Below are positions 1 through 9,686 of a stretch of 64,000 nucleotides of DNA, piece by piece. Position 1 is the stretch's first letter, and every line of letters begins with the position of its first letter. The position numbers and the translations under genes were made by a program. The notes under the pieces were generated by a model. It was not told where the DNA came from, searched no databases, and saw only the letters and a program-made list of their open reading frames with translations. Source of the DNA: a virus; the IMG/VR virus record IMGVR_UViG_3300027805_000012, positions 4,421 to 68,420 of that record; one strand, given 5' to 3'.

Positions 1-35
1 TCAAGAAGGGGAATCCTGGTGTCAAGAGCCAAGCA
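1..35 (-). mobile_element. Probable intein N-terminus (block A) in portal protein
   Basis: In-frame CLALDTRIPLL begins at Cys303, where a T4-like portal would continue with an S-M-x-E-D-F-type motif; the rest is outside the window. Confidence 0.75.
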
Positions 36-941
36 CTGGGGATCATACTGGCCATCAACGACGTCCTTCTGACCATTGTTGGTCATACCAGGAACTCTCT
101 TCTGGCGAATTTCATTCTTTACCTGCTCAAGGTACTGCTTTACCCGCTGGGCTGGCATGTTGCCAACGTCAACGTAGAATACTCTGCGCTCGGGAGCTCT
201 AACGATTCTGTAGATGATGACCGCATCTTCAATCATTGAAAGCTGTCGGTAAACTCTAAAAACTGGCCTAAGAACAGATTGACCAAATGGGGTACTATCT
301 CCCATTTCATCTGACATAGTGAAGTGCAGCATTGCGGCTGCAGGTATGATTTCAATTTCCTCGTTCTTTGTTCCGTAGGCGGTGCTGCTGTGTGGCTTGC
401 CGGGCTTCTTCAAATGATAGTTTATCTTGTTGCCAAGCTGGTCTATTTCAATACCATACACTAAGGATGGATCAATCCAGACCCACTTCTTGGTATCGGA
501 ATTTTTTCTGAAAAAGCAGTCACCATACTTTATGAGAGCACGAGACACGCCAAAAAGACGCACGTTCAAATCTTGGAGTTGAGACCACTGCCTGACTGCC
601 TGCCTAAGCGTTATCGCGGTAGTGTCACTCACGTCCTGGTTATCTTCTTTATCGTACTCAATAATGAATGGAAGCTTTGTCTTTTCGTCCTTGTTTGACA
701 TCTCCTCAGCAATAGTGTCGAGAGCTCTTGAGATGTCAACATCTGCATCCATCGCGTCGTACTGCTTGTACTGGTTCATCCTGCTACCTGGTCCACGCAT
801 TATCTGCGAGTACCAAGTTACAGTCGTCATTGATGAAAGATCAGTAGTTCTTGGGTCGTACGCGTCAGTGGATATAGTGGTGTACAGCTGCTTTCTTGAA
901 GCAGGTGTGATAATCTTCCAGTAGTTACTGAACTGTGCCAT
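1..941 (-). CDS. Portal protein (T4 gp20-like), 5' part; runs off the window and appears to enter an intein
   Basis: Manual translation from ATG at 941: MAQFSNYWKII...IEDAVIIYRIVRAPERRVFYVDVGNMP...DGQYDPQ|CLALDTRIPLL. The 'IYRIxRAPERRVFYxDVGN' motif is characteristic of T4-type portals. Confidence 0.92.
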   Translation of the reverse strand, partial: MAQFSNYWKIITPASRKQLYTTISTDAYDPRTTDLSSMTTVTWYSQIMRGPGSRMNQYKQYDAMDADVDISRALDTIAEEMSNKDEKTKLPFIIEYDKEDNQDVSDTTAITLRQAVRQWSQLQDLNVRLFGVSRALIKYGDCFFRKNSDTKKWVWIDPSLVYGIEIDQLGNKINYHLKKPGKPHSSTAYGTKNEEIEIIPAAAMLHFTMSDEMGDSTPFGQSVLRPVFRVYRQLSMIEDAVIIYRIVRAPERRVFYVDVGNMPAQRVKQYLEQVKNEIRQKRVPGMTNNGQKDVVDGQYDPQCLALDTRIPLL

Positions 942-950
942 TTGGCTTCC

Positions 951-3900
951 TTATGCTGCAGCGTGTCCGTTTATCAGCCAGCTGTGAAGAGTAGTGTTAT
1001 CGCTGAAGGCCTGTTTTGGAAGTTTAGCTATTTGGTCAGCTAGTGTTTCTTCAGAACTACCCTGCTTCATGTTAAGAGCTAGCATTTGCTTCAATATATC
1101 TAGTTGCTGCTGTGTGTTTGAAATAAGCTGTTCCATGCCGGCGATAGCGAGCATAGTTCCGTCAGGTTGTGTGCCTTTAGTTTTCTCTTCGGTTGACTGT
1201 GTTTTATTTACTTCTGGCGGTGTCACTTGGGACTGCTGCGTAGGTTGAGGAGTAGCGATAACAGCTGTTTGTGATTTCATTGCCTCAGCTTGCAGAGTCT
1301 GAGCAGTCGATTTAGCAGATGCAAGTACGTTCTCTGCTCCCCAAACTGTACTGTTCTTCGTAGCAGCGGCAAGTTGCTTTGACTTGTCGGCTGTTTCTTT
1401 CTGCGCCTTGATCTGCTGTTCACCCATAGAGCGGAGAGTGGCGCCTTCGGTATTCCAAAGAGTTTTGAGTGTTTCTGCTTGAGCTACTACTGCTGCATCC
1501 TGTTCATCTGAGAATTGTCTAAGTGACTTTGCCCAAGGTGCGTCCTTGTTAAAGAAACCAATGATATCTGAGAAAACGCGAGCAAAGGAAGACAATATTG
1601 TTTTTGCGCCCATGGTAAGTATAATGGTCATGGTGTCAAAAAGCTTAGTGAGGTTCAAATTAAGGAACTTGAAGTTTATCCCAAGCCCCTCCATCACCCA
1701 GTTGAAGCTTCCATCTACCAATCGTGTAATTCCTGTAAAGAAGCTATTCAGCCCCCCAACCAAGACACCAAGCAGGCGACCTCCAATATCGTCGCCAAAA
1801 TCTAAGGAAGTCGCCATTTCACCGGTAAAGGCTTCTTCAATAGCTCCAAATATGATACTAAATGGGCCGGCGCTCTTGAAGATTCCAAAGATCTTTCCCA
1901 TTGATGATTTGAGACCATCACCGAGGCGGCCCACTATGCCCTTCTTGGTTTGTTCTGGAATAAGATCACCTTCAGCGGTAAAGTTCAATGAGTTTAGCGC
2001 TGACATGCCAAACATGTTGCCAAAGATTGGTGTCAAGAGCCTAGTCAACAAGGTATCGCCGCGAGCAGCCTTTGCTGCCTTCGCCGCATTCTCGGCTGCC
2101 TTGGCTTCGTTTTGAGCAGCAATTCTAGCACCAATCCCCTTCTCTCTAATTTCGCCTGGCGCCCTTCTGCCAGTGATATCAATTCCAGCAGCTGAGCTAA
2201 AGGTTTCGGCAAGGAAGCTTCCAAAGGATGCGAGCGCTCCTCCTTTACCTACTTTCCCTGCTATATTACCTGGCTTTTTTCCAAACAGCTTGAAGATACC
2301 GCCAGTGCTACCAGTGTTCTTGGCAATGATTGTTAGTAGACTGCTCTGTATCACGGTCTGTGCTAAGATGGAACCGAAGATCACCATTGCATCAGCAAGT
2401 GGGTTCTTCATGAAGCCTGATAGCGTCGTCAGGCCCCGACCTATGTCCTGCATGAAGCCTGAGGTCTGCTTACCTATTTCAGCGTTCTGTGCCAATCCTG
2501 CTTCTGCTTGTAGTTTCACTGTACCTGCAGCCGTCTGCAGCTCACTTTGAACTGCTGGTGCAAGAGCTCCAAGTTCATCTGCGATGTTCTCAAGCGCAGG
2601 ATTTGGCGAGCTCTTAAGAGTTTGTAGAAACTGTTGATAGTCGCCGGCAAGCTCTGCTATTCGCTTTTTATCCTCTTCTGTACGAAGAGCGGGGTTCTTC
2701 ATCATCAGCTTTGCGTACTCTTCAACACGCGACGTATCGATCCCAAGAATGGCACCGCCCATTCTAATTGTTCCTGCAGCTTTAAAGCGGTCCTTAACAG
2801 TGGCTCTCCGTTGCGCGAGCAGCGCTTCCTGAAGCTGCTTAGATGCTTGCGCTGTTGCCCCAAGCTGATATCCAATGGTTGCACCTTGCGTGATCTGCTG
2901 TAAACGTGCTGCTCTTTCGGCTGGGGCCAAACCTAAGAGCTCCTCTTGTACCATTTGGTTGTTAGCTATATCTGCCTGCAGTTCCCTGAAGGCATCGGCT
3001 GTCATCAGTGTAGTTTTTCGCAGCTGCTCAAACAACTGAATCTGGGAATTGACAGCAGCTTCCTGAGTCTCACGGCTAATGCCCACTGTAACCGCGGTTG
3101 TTCTTAGCGATGCCGCTAGCTGTTCAGCTGCAGGTCCAAACACACCGAGCCTGTTGAGCTGTCTAGTTGTGCGATCAACGCTGTCACCAAATTCCTCAAA
3201 GCTGCCGGCTCTAACTACCGCAGCTGAATTTTCCTGCAGCATTGAGGTGTATTCCTGCAGGCTCATGCCAGCCTTCATGGCATTGCCGTAAAGCCCAAAT
3301 AAGCTGTCGCTTGCAGAAATTCCGCGCGACTGTAGATAGAACATGTCGCGGGTTAAGTTTATGAGGGTGTCTGAAAGAGCCCATGCCAGATTAGTTAGCT
3401 GTGATTTAAACCACTCTGCGCTGTCACCGGCACCCTTTAAATCAATGCCGAAGCGGTTAAGCATTCCACCAAAAAACGAACCTAAGTTAGAAATTTGATT
3501 TGTGGCTTTACGGGTAGCATCTGCATGGTTGCCCGTGGCCTCAGCTGATCCTATGGTGGCCTCAGTATTAGTGGTTGTGGCCGCGGTAGATGACCCCAGC
3601 TCTTTCCTTGAACCTCTAACTGAAGCAATAAGTCCTTGAAATGCTTTTCGCAGCAGTCTTGACGTCGTTGTTAGCTGTCCAAATGAAACGTGCAGGGCAT
3701 CAGATTTATCCTTTACCCCGCTGATAGAAGATGAAAGCGCATCAGTTTCGGGAAGCTCACTCGGTTTAAGAGCCTGCATGCTACTTACAACCTGCGCAGT
3801 TACGTCCTTTAAACCAGAAAAGGCAGCCGTGCTGGAACGAATACCTCTCCGCATGAAGCTCAGTTCTTTGTGAGCTTTTTCTGTGTTCTTTGAAAGTTTT

Positions 3901-4112
3901 TCAGTTTCGTTAACAAGCTGTTGTATTCTAGTTGTGGCTCTTATAATCTGATTGTTCAGATCTGTAAAATCAGCTTCTGACTCTTTTTTGCCACCTTTTC
4001 TTCTAGACAGATTGCGCCGTGCCTGTTCTTCCTGCTGCAAGGTGGACATAGAGGCGTCAATTACCCTCTCTATCTTGTGTAAGACCTCAATTAGCTTTTT
4101 GTTGTCATCCAT
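951..4112 (-). CDS. Tape-measure-like protein (~1053 aa)
   Basis: Long Ala/Gln/Gly-rich helical ORF with a hydrophobic C-terminal third, located among portal and hub genes. ATG at 4112 preferred over the TTG at 4124. Confidence 0.65.
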   Translation of the reverse strand: MDDNKKLIEVLHKIERVIDASMSTLQQEEQARRNLSRRKGGKKESEADFTDLNNQIIRATTRIQQLVNETEKLSKNTEKAHKELSFMRRGIRSSTAAFSGLKDVTAQVVSSMQALKPSELPETDALSSSISGVKDKSDALHVSFGQLTTTSRLLRKAFQGLIASVRGSRKELGSSTAATTTNTEATIGSAEATGNHADATRKATNQISNLGSFFGGMLNRFGIDLKGAGDSAEWFKSQLTNLAWALSDTLINLTRDMFYLQSRGISASDSLFGLYGNAMKAGMSLQEYTSMLQENSAAVVRAGSFEEFGDSVDRTTRQLNRLGVFGPAAEQLAASLRTTAVTVGISRETQEAAVNSQIQLFEQLRKTTLMTADAFRELQADIANNQMVQEELLGLAPAERAARLQQITQGATIGYQLGATAQASKQLQEALLAQRRATVKDRFKAAGTIRMGGAILGIDTSRVEEYAKLMMKNPALRTEEDKKRIAELAGDYQQFLQTLKSSPNPALENIADELGALAPAVQSELQTAAGTVKLQAEAGLAQNAEIGKQTSGFMQDIGRGLTTLSGFMKNPLADAMVIFGSILAQTVIQSSLLTIIAKNTGSTGGIFKLFGKKPGNIAGKVGKGGALASFGSFLAETFSSAAGIDITGRRAPGEIREKGIGARIAAQNEAKAAENAAKAAKAARGDTLLTRLLTPIFGNMFGMSALNSLNFTAEGDLIPEQTKKGIVGRLGDGLKSSMGKIFGIFKSAGPFSIIFGAIEEAFTGEMATSLDFGDDIGGRLLGVLVGGLNSFFTGITRLVDGSFNWVMEGLGINFKFLNLNLTKLFDTMTIILTMGAKTILSSFARVFSDIIGFFNKDAPWAKSLRQFSDEQDAAVVAQAETLKTLWNTEGATLRSMGEQQIKAQKETADKSKQLAAATKNSTVWGAENVLASAKSTAQTLQAEAMKSQTAVIATPQPTQQSQVTPPEVNKTQSTEEKTKGTQPDGTMLAIAGMEQLISNTQQQLDILKQMLALNMKQGSSEETLADQIAKLPKQAFSDNTTLHSWLINGHAAA

Positions 4113-4170
4113 CCTAGTGTCCAAAAACTTGCAGGTGAAAGCAAGTAAATAAGGCTATACGTATATTTAC

Positions 4171-4959
4171 ATGGAGATGAAGATGTCAGAAAACACATCC
4201 AACCCGTTGGTGCAAAAGCTGAAGCTACCAGGTCGCGTTTTTCAGCTACCTTCAAGGGGAGCTTTATACAAGAATGGAGAAGTCTCCTCAAGCGAAGGAG
4301 AGGTGCATGTGCACCCCATGTCGGCACTCACGGAGATAAACCTAAAGAACCCAGATCTGCTGTTTAATGGCAAGGCGCTGGAAGAGGTTTGCGCAGAGTG
4401 CATCCCAGACATCAAGAAACCAACTCAGCTTTTTGGTAGAGATGTTGACGCTCTGATGTTCTATCTGCGGCTTGTCACGTATGGCCCAAAGTTTGAAATC
4501 AACGTCAAGCACACCTGCGAAAATGCGAAAAATCACTCGTACGTGGTTGACCTAGAGCAGATGGTTACGCAGATGAAGGTGCTAGACCCTACTGAAAAGT
4601 TTGAGGTTACCATTCAAACTGGGCAGAAGGTAGTGCTGCACCCCGTAAAGTACGAGCACATGATCAAGCTTTATCAGATGAATGCTGGTAAAACTGAAAT
4701 GACTCCAGATGATGTAAAGAAGAACATCATCTTCAACCTGGTAAATCTAGTCGATAACGTAGATGGAATAACTGATAGAGCTTTGATTGAGGAGTGGGCG
4801 ACAAAGCTAACATCGCCAATGCAGAATAGGATAACAGAAGTCATTGAAAAGATGAATGGCTGGGGTCCAAATGGAACTACTAACCTCAAGTGCAAGGACT
4901 GCGGAACAGAAATGGAAGTAGAGCTTCCATTGAACCCGATAAGTTTTTTCACCGAATGA
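4171..4959 (+). CDS. Baseplate hub assembly protein (T4 gp26-like)
   Basis: 'LPSRG..Y', 'PM...EI.LKNPDLL.NG.AL', 'DVDAL...LRLVTYG' and C-terminal CxxC 'CKDCG...LPLNPISFF'. Confidence 0.8.
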   Translation: MEMKMSENTSNPLVQKLKLPGRVFQLPSRGALYKNGEVSSSEGEVHVHPMSALTEINLKNPDLLFNGKALEEVCAECIPDIKKPTQLFGRDVDALMFYLRLVTYGPKFEINVKHTCENAKNHSYVVDLEQMVTQMKVLDPTEKFEVTIQTGQKVVLHPVKYEHMIKLYQMNAGKTEMTPDDVKKNIIFNLVNLVDNVDGITDRALIEEWATKLTSPMQNRITEVIEKMNGWGPNGTTNLKCKDCGTEMEVELPLNPISFFTE

Positions 4960-5180
4960 TCATCTCAGGCGAGGCGAGCAGAATCGCCGAGATGATCAAT
5001 ACAATGGGTGTAGATGTTAGAAACCTGCTCAAATCAGCTGTAGAGATAGCGTATTTTTCTCGTGGCTCGATTCAATATCAAGACGTGCTGCGGATGACAC
5101 CGCTGGAAAGAGACATTGCGGTTGAGTTCATCAACAAGCGACTGGAGGCAGCTGGCAAGATGCCGTTTCCGGTGTTCTAA
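4956..5180 (+). CDS. Baseplate hub assembly catalyst-like (T4 gp51-like), 74 aa
   Basis: ATGA overlap with the gp26-like gene; 'YQDVLRMTPLERDIAVEFI'. Confidence 0.65.
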   Translation: MIISGEASRIAEMINTMGVDVRNLLKSAVEIAYFSRGSIQYQDVLRMTPLERDIAVEFINKRLEAAGKMPFPVF

Positions 5181-6663
5181 ACACCCAGCGCTGGTGGCCA
5201 CAGTCACTAACTTTTGACCACCCTGCAGCCAACATATTCTCCTCCTCTGAGAGAGACGGGTCGTACTGCTCGCCTAGCACCTTTGACAGTAGGTGCTTCT
5301 GCGTCTGGTAGCGAGTGAGGCGACGGCGGCCTTTGTGCCACGTATATCCAGGCTTGGTTGTCCGCTGCAGCGTGAAGCCTGTTGCTCGATAAACGCCTCC
5401 ACTGCCAGTTCGGACATCACAGAATGAGACTACAGTTTGCGCGCCAGTGATGGCTAGCGCGTTCTTCAGGCACCGGCTGAAGCCTCCTCTAACAGAGGTA
5501 TTAAGGGCCGTTGCCCACCGGATGATTTCCAGGTCCTCTTTGCCCCAGCGTGGTCGTCCGACTGATAGGACTGCCTCCAACCCAGTGCTCGACCGAAGCC
5601 CGATGTGATGTTTGGCTGGGTGGAATCCGGCGAGGTGAGTGCTATCCAAAAAGGCTCGAGCCTCGGCTGCAGTGATGACCTCCAACGTTAGGGAGCGCGC
5701 GTTGAGTCGCCGGGTAGTTCTACCGACTGCATGTAGTATCAGGCTTCGCACCTTCTCTGGATGCTCGTTGCACTCCCAGTCCATGATGTGATAGAGCCTT
5801 ATGCCTGCATTCTGAGCAAGACGTGTCTTCTCAACCATAGGGGTACTTTTGCCGTCACAGTGCCAATACCAGCCGTTAACCTCAAAAGCTACCTTGTGCT
5901 CTGGTAACAGTACATCTAGCTCCAGCGGCGCAATGATTTTCCGGTCGTTGCGCTTAAAGCTGATGCCACAGCACCTGAGCACCTGCTCCACCAACCGCTG
6001 CTCCTTAGATGTGCCACAGCCGGGACATCTTGGGATTCCGTCGGTGTGCGATGCCGTCCATATGGTACCGCAGGGCAGGTGTCTAAAGGTAAGCGGTTTC
6101 TTTGATTCCCAGTCTGACAGTACCTCAACCTCATAGGCTTCAAGCCATGCCTGCTGTCTTCGTGGAAAGACGGTGTCACGGTATCGTGTGATCTCCGCCA
6201 GCCGTCTCTTTTGGACGCTAGCGGCCACCTTATTAGGTGCGGTCGCCGGGGTAATGGCCCCGTAGCGTTGAAGATTAGTGGCCTTTCGCTTATCCTGTAC
6301 TGAAGCTACCTTGGTGGGGTGACCACCATATCTCTCTTGGTTGGTGTTCTGAATCTTCTGCTTCACAACACATGAAGCGATAGCTGAGGCTGTGCCGTAA
6401 CGCCTTAGATTGGTGCGCTGAGTTTTCTTAAGCTTCAGTTGATTTCGACAAGAGGGTGACCCACAGGTGGTCAACCTGCCAGTGTTAGTTTGCTTAGGAG
6501 GACAGGCAGCACCGCAGACGGGGCAGGACAACAGGTGAGGATGCATTGCGTCCCACAGCGCCTGTCTTGTGCCAATCTGCAATCCATGACTGGCCAGAAC
6601 CTGGCGCCAGTTGCGACCGACCCCATCACTGAAGATGGCACTAAGTTGTTCAGATAAGGTCAT
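5131..6663 (-). CDS. Hef-like/PD-(D/E)xK homing endonuclease with TNLxRYG repeats and C-terminal Mom/GNAT-like domain
   Basis: Repeats TNLRRYG/TNQERYG/TNLQRYG; 'LELDVLLPEHKVAFEVNGWYWH'; 'LEIIRWAT...GGFSRCLK...VVSFCD'; more GC-rich than its neighbours. Confidence 0.75.
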   Translation of the reverse strand: MTLSEQLSAIFSDGVGRNWRQVLASHGLQIGTRQALWDAMHPHLLSCPVCGAACPPKQTNTGRLTTCGSPSCRNQLKLKKTQRTNLRRYGTASAIASCVVKQKIQNTNQERYGGHPTKVASVQDKRKATNLQRYGAITPATAPNKVAASVQKRRLAEITRYRDTVFPRRQQAWLEAYEVEVLSDWESKKPLTFRHLPCGTIWTASHTDGIPRCPGCGTSKEQRLVEQVLRCCGISFKRNDRKIIAPLELDVLLPEHKVAFEVNGWYWHCDGKSTPMVEKTRLAQNAGIRLYHIMDWECNEHPEKVRSLILHAVGRTTRRLNARSLTLEVITAAEARAFLDSTHLAGFHPAKHHIGLRSSTGLEAVLSVGRPRWGKEDLEIIRWATALNTSVRGGFSRCLKNALAITGAQTVVSFCDVRTGSGGVYRATGFTLQRTTKPGYTWHKGRRRLTRYQTQKHLLSKVLGEQYDPSLSEEENMLAAGWSKVSDCGHQRWVFRTPETASCQLPPVAC

Positions 6664-6762
6664 AACAATCCTATCAAATTATTAACTAATTATATCGACG
6701 TAGGGTACCATTTGGTACCCTCGCCTATTTTGCAACTAATGCTAATGGGTGCGCGCCGCTTG

Positions 6763-7083
6763 CTATCCTAGCGTTGTTCTTATCATTCCCTTGTAGATCC
6801 ACTTTAGGATTTGGTCTTTGCTTAATTCAAGCAGCTTATTCTGACTTATCTGTCTGTACTCTGGGGCATTCATGTCTGTGTCGTTCTCCGGCATAACGCG
6901 CTGAAATAGAAGACCCTCTTCAACTTTAGTTTCTTCTTTATAATTTTCCTTGGTTATAAACAGGGAGTAGTATCTGCCATGTTTATTCCAAATCCACTCT
7001 TCATCAAATTTTACCTGGGTCCTGCAACGTTTTTTTGCTTGCAGTTCCTTTTGCATGAAGATGGTAAATGACAGATAGTTCAT
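6763..7083 (-). CDS. Hypothetical protein
   Basis: 106-aa ORF, ATGA-coupled to the upstream gene. Confidence 0.6.
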   Translation of the reverse strand: MNYLSFTIFMQKELQAKKRCRTQVKFDEEWIWNKHGRYYSLFITKENYKEETKVEEGLLFQRVMPENDTDMNAPEYRQISQNKLLELSKDQILKWIYKGMIRTTLG

Positions 7084-8315
7084 GAAGTAATCCTTACTCC
7101 TATGCGCTGCATGAGGCCACTTATATCATTAAGATACTGAATTGGAACTCCATCAATACCATCATGCACCATGATACCGTGACGGTCAACAGCTTCCCAA
7201 ATAAGATACCGAGCTTCTCTTTCCCATTCAAAGTAGCTACCAAAAACGCGTTTTTGGTTCTTAACTGTTGGATTTAGCTTCAGCGCCAGCGCGCACACGT
7301 CCTTTTTGGCGCGCGCGTATTGTCTAGAGATAGACTGTAACCGTCTGCCAATCACGTCAAGGCGCGACGGTGTAACTTCATCTGCTGCTTTCACGATAAT
7401 TTGCGCGGTAACTGAGAATGCCTGTCCACCCTCAAGGATACCAGGGGAAATACGTGAACCATTCGCCAAGCTCATGCACACCGTCTTAACTAATGAGATG
7501 CTCTCTTCATTCCATTTTAATCCAAGAACCTCTTCGCAGAGCTCGCGTCTCCACTTCTGCTTGTCCTCAACTAGAGCAATTAGATCTGGAAACAGTGTCT
7601 TCATGAGCGATTTTCTTGAGCTGTAGATCTCCTGAAGGTGAAACATTAGGTACTGCGTGTAGGCGCTGTCGATATCAATTCCTGGGCCAAACAGAGCTTC
7701 TCTAAGCCAAGAAGGCCACGTCTCAACTGCCACTACTGGCCAAACAGAAGTGTCGCGTTGCTGAAGCTTGCCTGCAGGCTTGAAGATGAAGTTAAGCTCC
7801 TGGTGCTGAAGTATCCACTTCACAGCTTCAAGCAGGTGAAATTGATTCTCATCACAGAGGCGCTTTATGATTTGCTCAGCATTGCTCCTATGAACGTACA
7901 CCTTTGAAATAATTCCATCATCTGGTCGAGGGGGCGGTTCATATTCGAGCTTGTAATCTGCTGTGCCACCAGCACGATGACCACAGAGCTTCTTTGGTAC
8001 AAGAATGCTTATCTCGTTGTTATCATCACCTAGGTTAAAACCTAGCTGTTGAACGTCAAAGAAGTAGTCAAGCGCGGGGCGATAGTCGTAAACCCATTCA
8101 CGAAGAGACGTTAGCCTGAGCTTAACCGTATTAAATGCTCGAGGTCTTGCCTTGGACGTTGCGGCAGAATGTAGCTTTGCGAGATACAGGATTAAATCCT
8201 GTCTTTCCTGCATCGCGTCACGGTGCAACCGTTCTTTTCGGTAGAAGTTGCCTACGTGAAGAGGGTCTATCGGCTTAGGCTGCTTCTTTGCTCTAAGCCG
8301 GTAGATAGTTGTCAT
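7080..8315 (-). CDS. Hypothetical protein with polymerase palm-like motifs
   Basis: 'LREALFGPGIDIDSAYTQYL' and 'GIMVHDGI' resemble family A polymerase motifs A and C. Confidence 0.45.
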   Translation of the reverse strand: MTTIYRLRAKKQPKPIDPLHVGNFYRKERLHRDAMQERQDLILYLAKLHSAATSKARPRAFNTVKLRLTSLREWVYDYRPALDYFFDVQQLGFNLGDDNNEISILVPKKLCGHRAGGTADYKLEYEPPPRPDDGIISKVYVHRSNAEQIIKRLCDENQFHLLEAVKWILQHQELNFIFKPAGKLQQRDTSVWPVVAVETWPSWLREALFGPGIDIDSAYTQYLMFHLQEIYSSRKSLMKTLFPDLIALVEDKQKWRRELCEEVLGLKWNEESISLVKTVCMSLANGSRISPGILEGGQAFSVTAQIIVKAADEVTPSRLDVIGRRLQSISRQYARAKKDVCALALKLNPTVKNQKRVFGSYFEWEREARYLIWEAVDRHGIMVHDGIDGVPIQYLNDISGLMQRIGVRITS

Positions 8316-8527
8316 GCTTTTCTAGATTTTAGGTTCTTGTAGATGCCTTTTACGCTGTCGGGGCGAACTAGCAGTTGATGAGCCGGAGCGCTGTTGTCAC
8401 CAGTGATTGGCTTTTCATGACGTCTAACTTGATACCCATCTTTTTGGATTTCTCGCCCTGCTTCTGACAGAGTGACTGCTAGTCCCATAGCTGCTCGCCT
8501 AAGACGTTTTGCCTGCTTACCGTTCAT
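8312..8527 (-). CDS. Hypothetical basic protein
   Basis: 71-aa ORF 'MNGKQAKRLRR', coupled to its neighbours. Confidence 0.65.
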   Translation of the reverse strand: MNGKQAKRLRRAAMGLAVTLSEAGREIQKDGYQVRRHEKPITGDNSAPAHQLLVRPDSVKGIYKNLKSRKA

Positions 8528-8528
8528 G

Positions 8529-9128
8529 TTAAAAAACTCCGGAATATCGGGGATTCAAATGTGTGTCAACCCAGTCGGGTATGTAGCCATGTGCCTGATT
8601 GAAAAATAGAACTTCCCAGTTGCTGGCTGACGCGGTACCAAGTTTTGACAGCTTTGGTCTAACAATGATAAACTTAACGTCACCCGAAGATCTTAGGCCT
8701 TTCGCAACAAGTGGTACCTCTACACCAATCAGCTTTACTATTGTATTACTTTCATTTTCTTGCGTAAGCTCAAATGCAGGTAGAGGCAGCTGAATTGAAT
8801 GAATTACTGAAGGATGAGGGGTTGGAAGAGCTCTTAATCCCTTAGTGTGCTGGCAAAATCTTTCAAGACTGTTGATAAATGAGACATAGGTAAAGTCATT
8901 CACCCCTCCCCGTCTTATTGACTGTCGAAGCTGATCTTTTGATGGTGCAAGATACGGTCGATTTGGTCCTCGCTGTTTAGCGTTGTATGGGCCAAGAAAG
9001 TCCACGGCCTGCACGTGAAGCTTGTAGTGATGGTTTATCAACGGTATAAGATCAGAAAACCCAGGTTGAGTGATTGGGCGAGTGACAGCGAGGCGCACGT
9101 TCCATCGAGGTAGCGTAGTTTCAATCAT
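8529..9128 (-). CDS. Hypothetical protein
   Basis: 199-aa ORF in an operon. Confidence 0.7.
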   Translation of the reverse strand: MIETTLPRWNVRLAVTRPITQPGFSDLIPLINHHYKLHVQAVDFLGPYNAKQRGPNRPYLAPSKDQLRQSIRRGGVNDFTYVSFINSLERFCQHTKGLRALPTPHPSVIHSIQLPLPAFELTQENESNTIVKLIGVEVPLVAKGLRSSGDVKFIIVRPKLSKLGTASASNWEVLFFNQAHGYIPDWVDTHLNPRYSGVF

Positions 9129-9134
9129 GGTGTC

Positions 9135-9686
9135 TTATGCTTTGTTGCGCTTGTTTTGTTTCGGATGCTGCCAACCCACTCGTGCAAGTGCAGCTTCTTT
9201 TCTGCGCTGTACTGCTTGCGGCGTTCTCATAGTAAGCAGACGTTTCTGACGGTATTCAGGATTGTCCCACATAGCCCTGAGATTTACTGAACGTATGCTG
9301 CGCAGTATTTCATCTTCACCGACTTTCTTGGCTGACATGGACATCTTGTAGCGGGTAGCCTCCCTGTGAGATTTGCCAGTCATTCCAGACCCGCCTATTC
9401 CTCCTTCCGCCAGATTCAAGATGTTTGGATTTGAACGTAGCATAGATACAAGAACACGCTCATAATGGAACGCAGCCTCAGCGTCGGCAAACGTCCTCAC
9501 TATGGTTGTCCGCCAAGTATCAAATTCAAAACCTTCTTTGAGAAACATCTGGGTCAGCCTGATGCCAGACCCCTTATATTTTCCCTGGCTCACGTTCTGT
9601 GTTTTACCTTTGCCTGCGTAGATGTATCCGTACGCGTGTCTGGTAATGTAGACGCAGTGTTCCAGTGTTAGGTCAACTCTTGACAT
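9135..9686 (-). CDS. GIY-YIG (Seg-like) homing endonuclease
   Basis: 'VYIT...IYAGK...YKGSG', 'AFHYE', 'ILNLAEGG.GG..MTGKSH' (NUMOD3-like). Confidence 0.75.
   Translation of the reverse strand: MSRVDLTLEHCVYITRHAYGYIYAGKGKTQNVSQGKYKGSGIRLTQMFLKEGFEFDTWRTTIVRTFADAEAAFHYERVLVSMLRSNPNILNLAEGGIGGSGMTGKSHREATRYKMSMSAKKVGEDEILRSIRSVNLRAMWDNPEYRQKRLLTMRTPQAVQRRKEAALARVGWQHPKQNKRNKA

Noticed and set aside
622-4327. Plus-strand ORFs opposite portal and tape measure, and similar antisense ORFs elsewhere (e.g. 20825-21451, 61873-63046)
   Set aside because: These are antisense shadows of well-supported genes.
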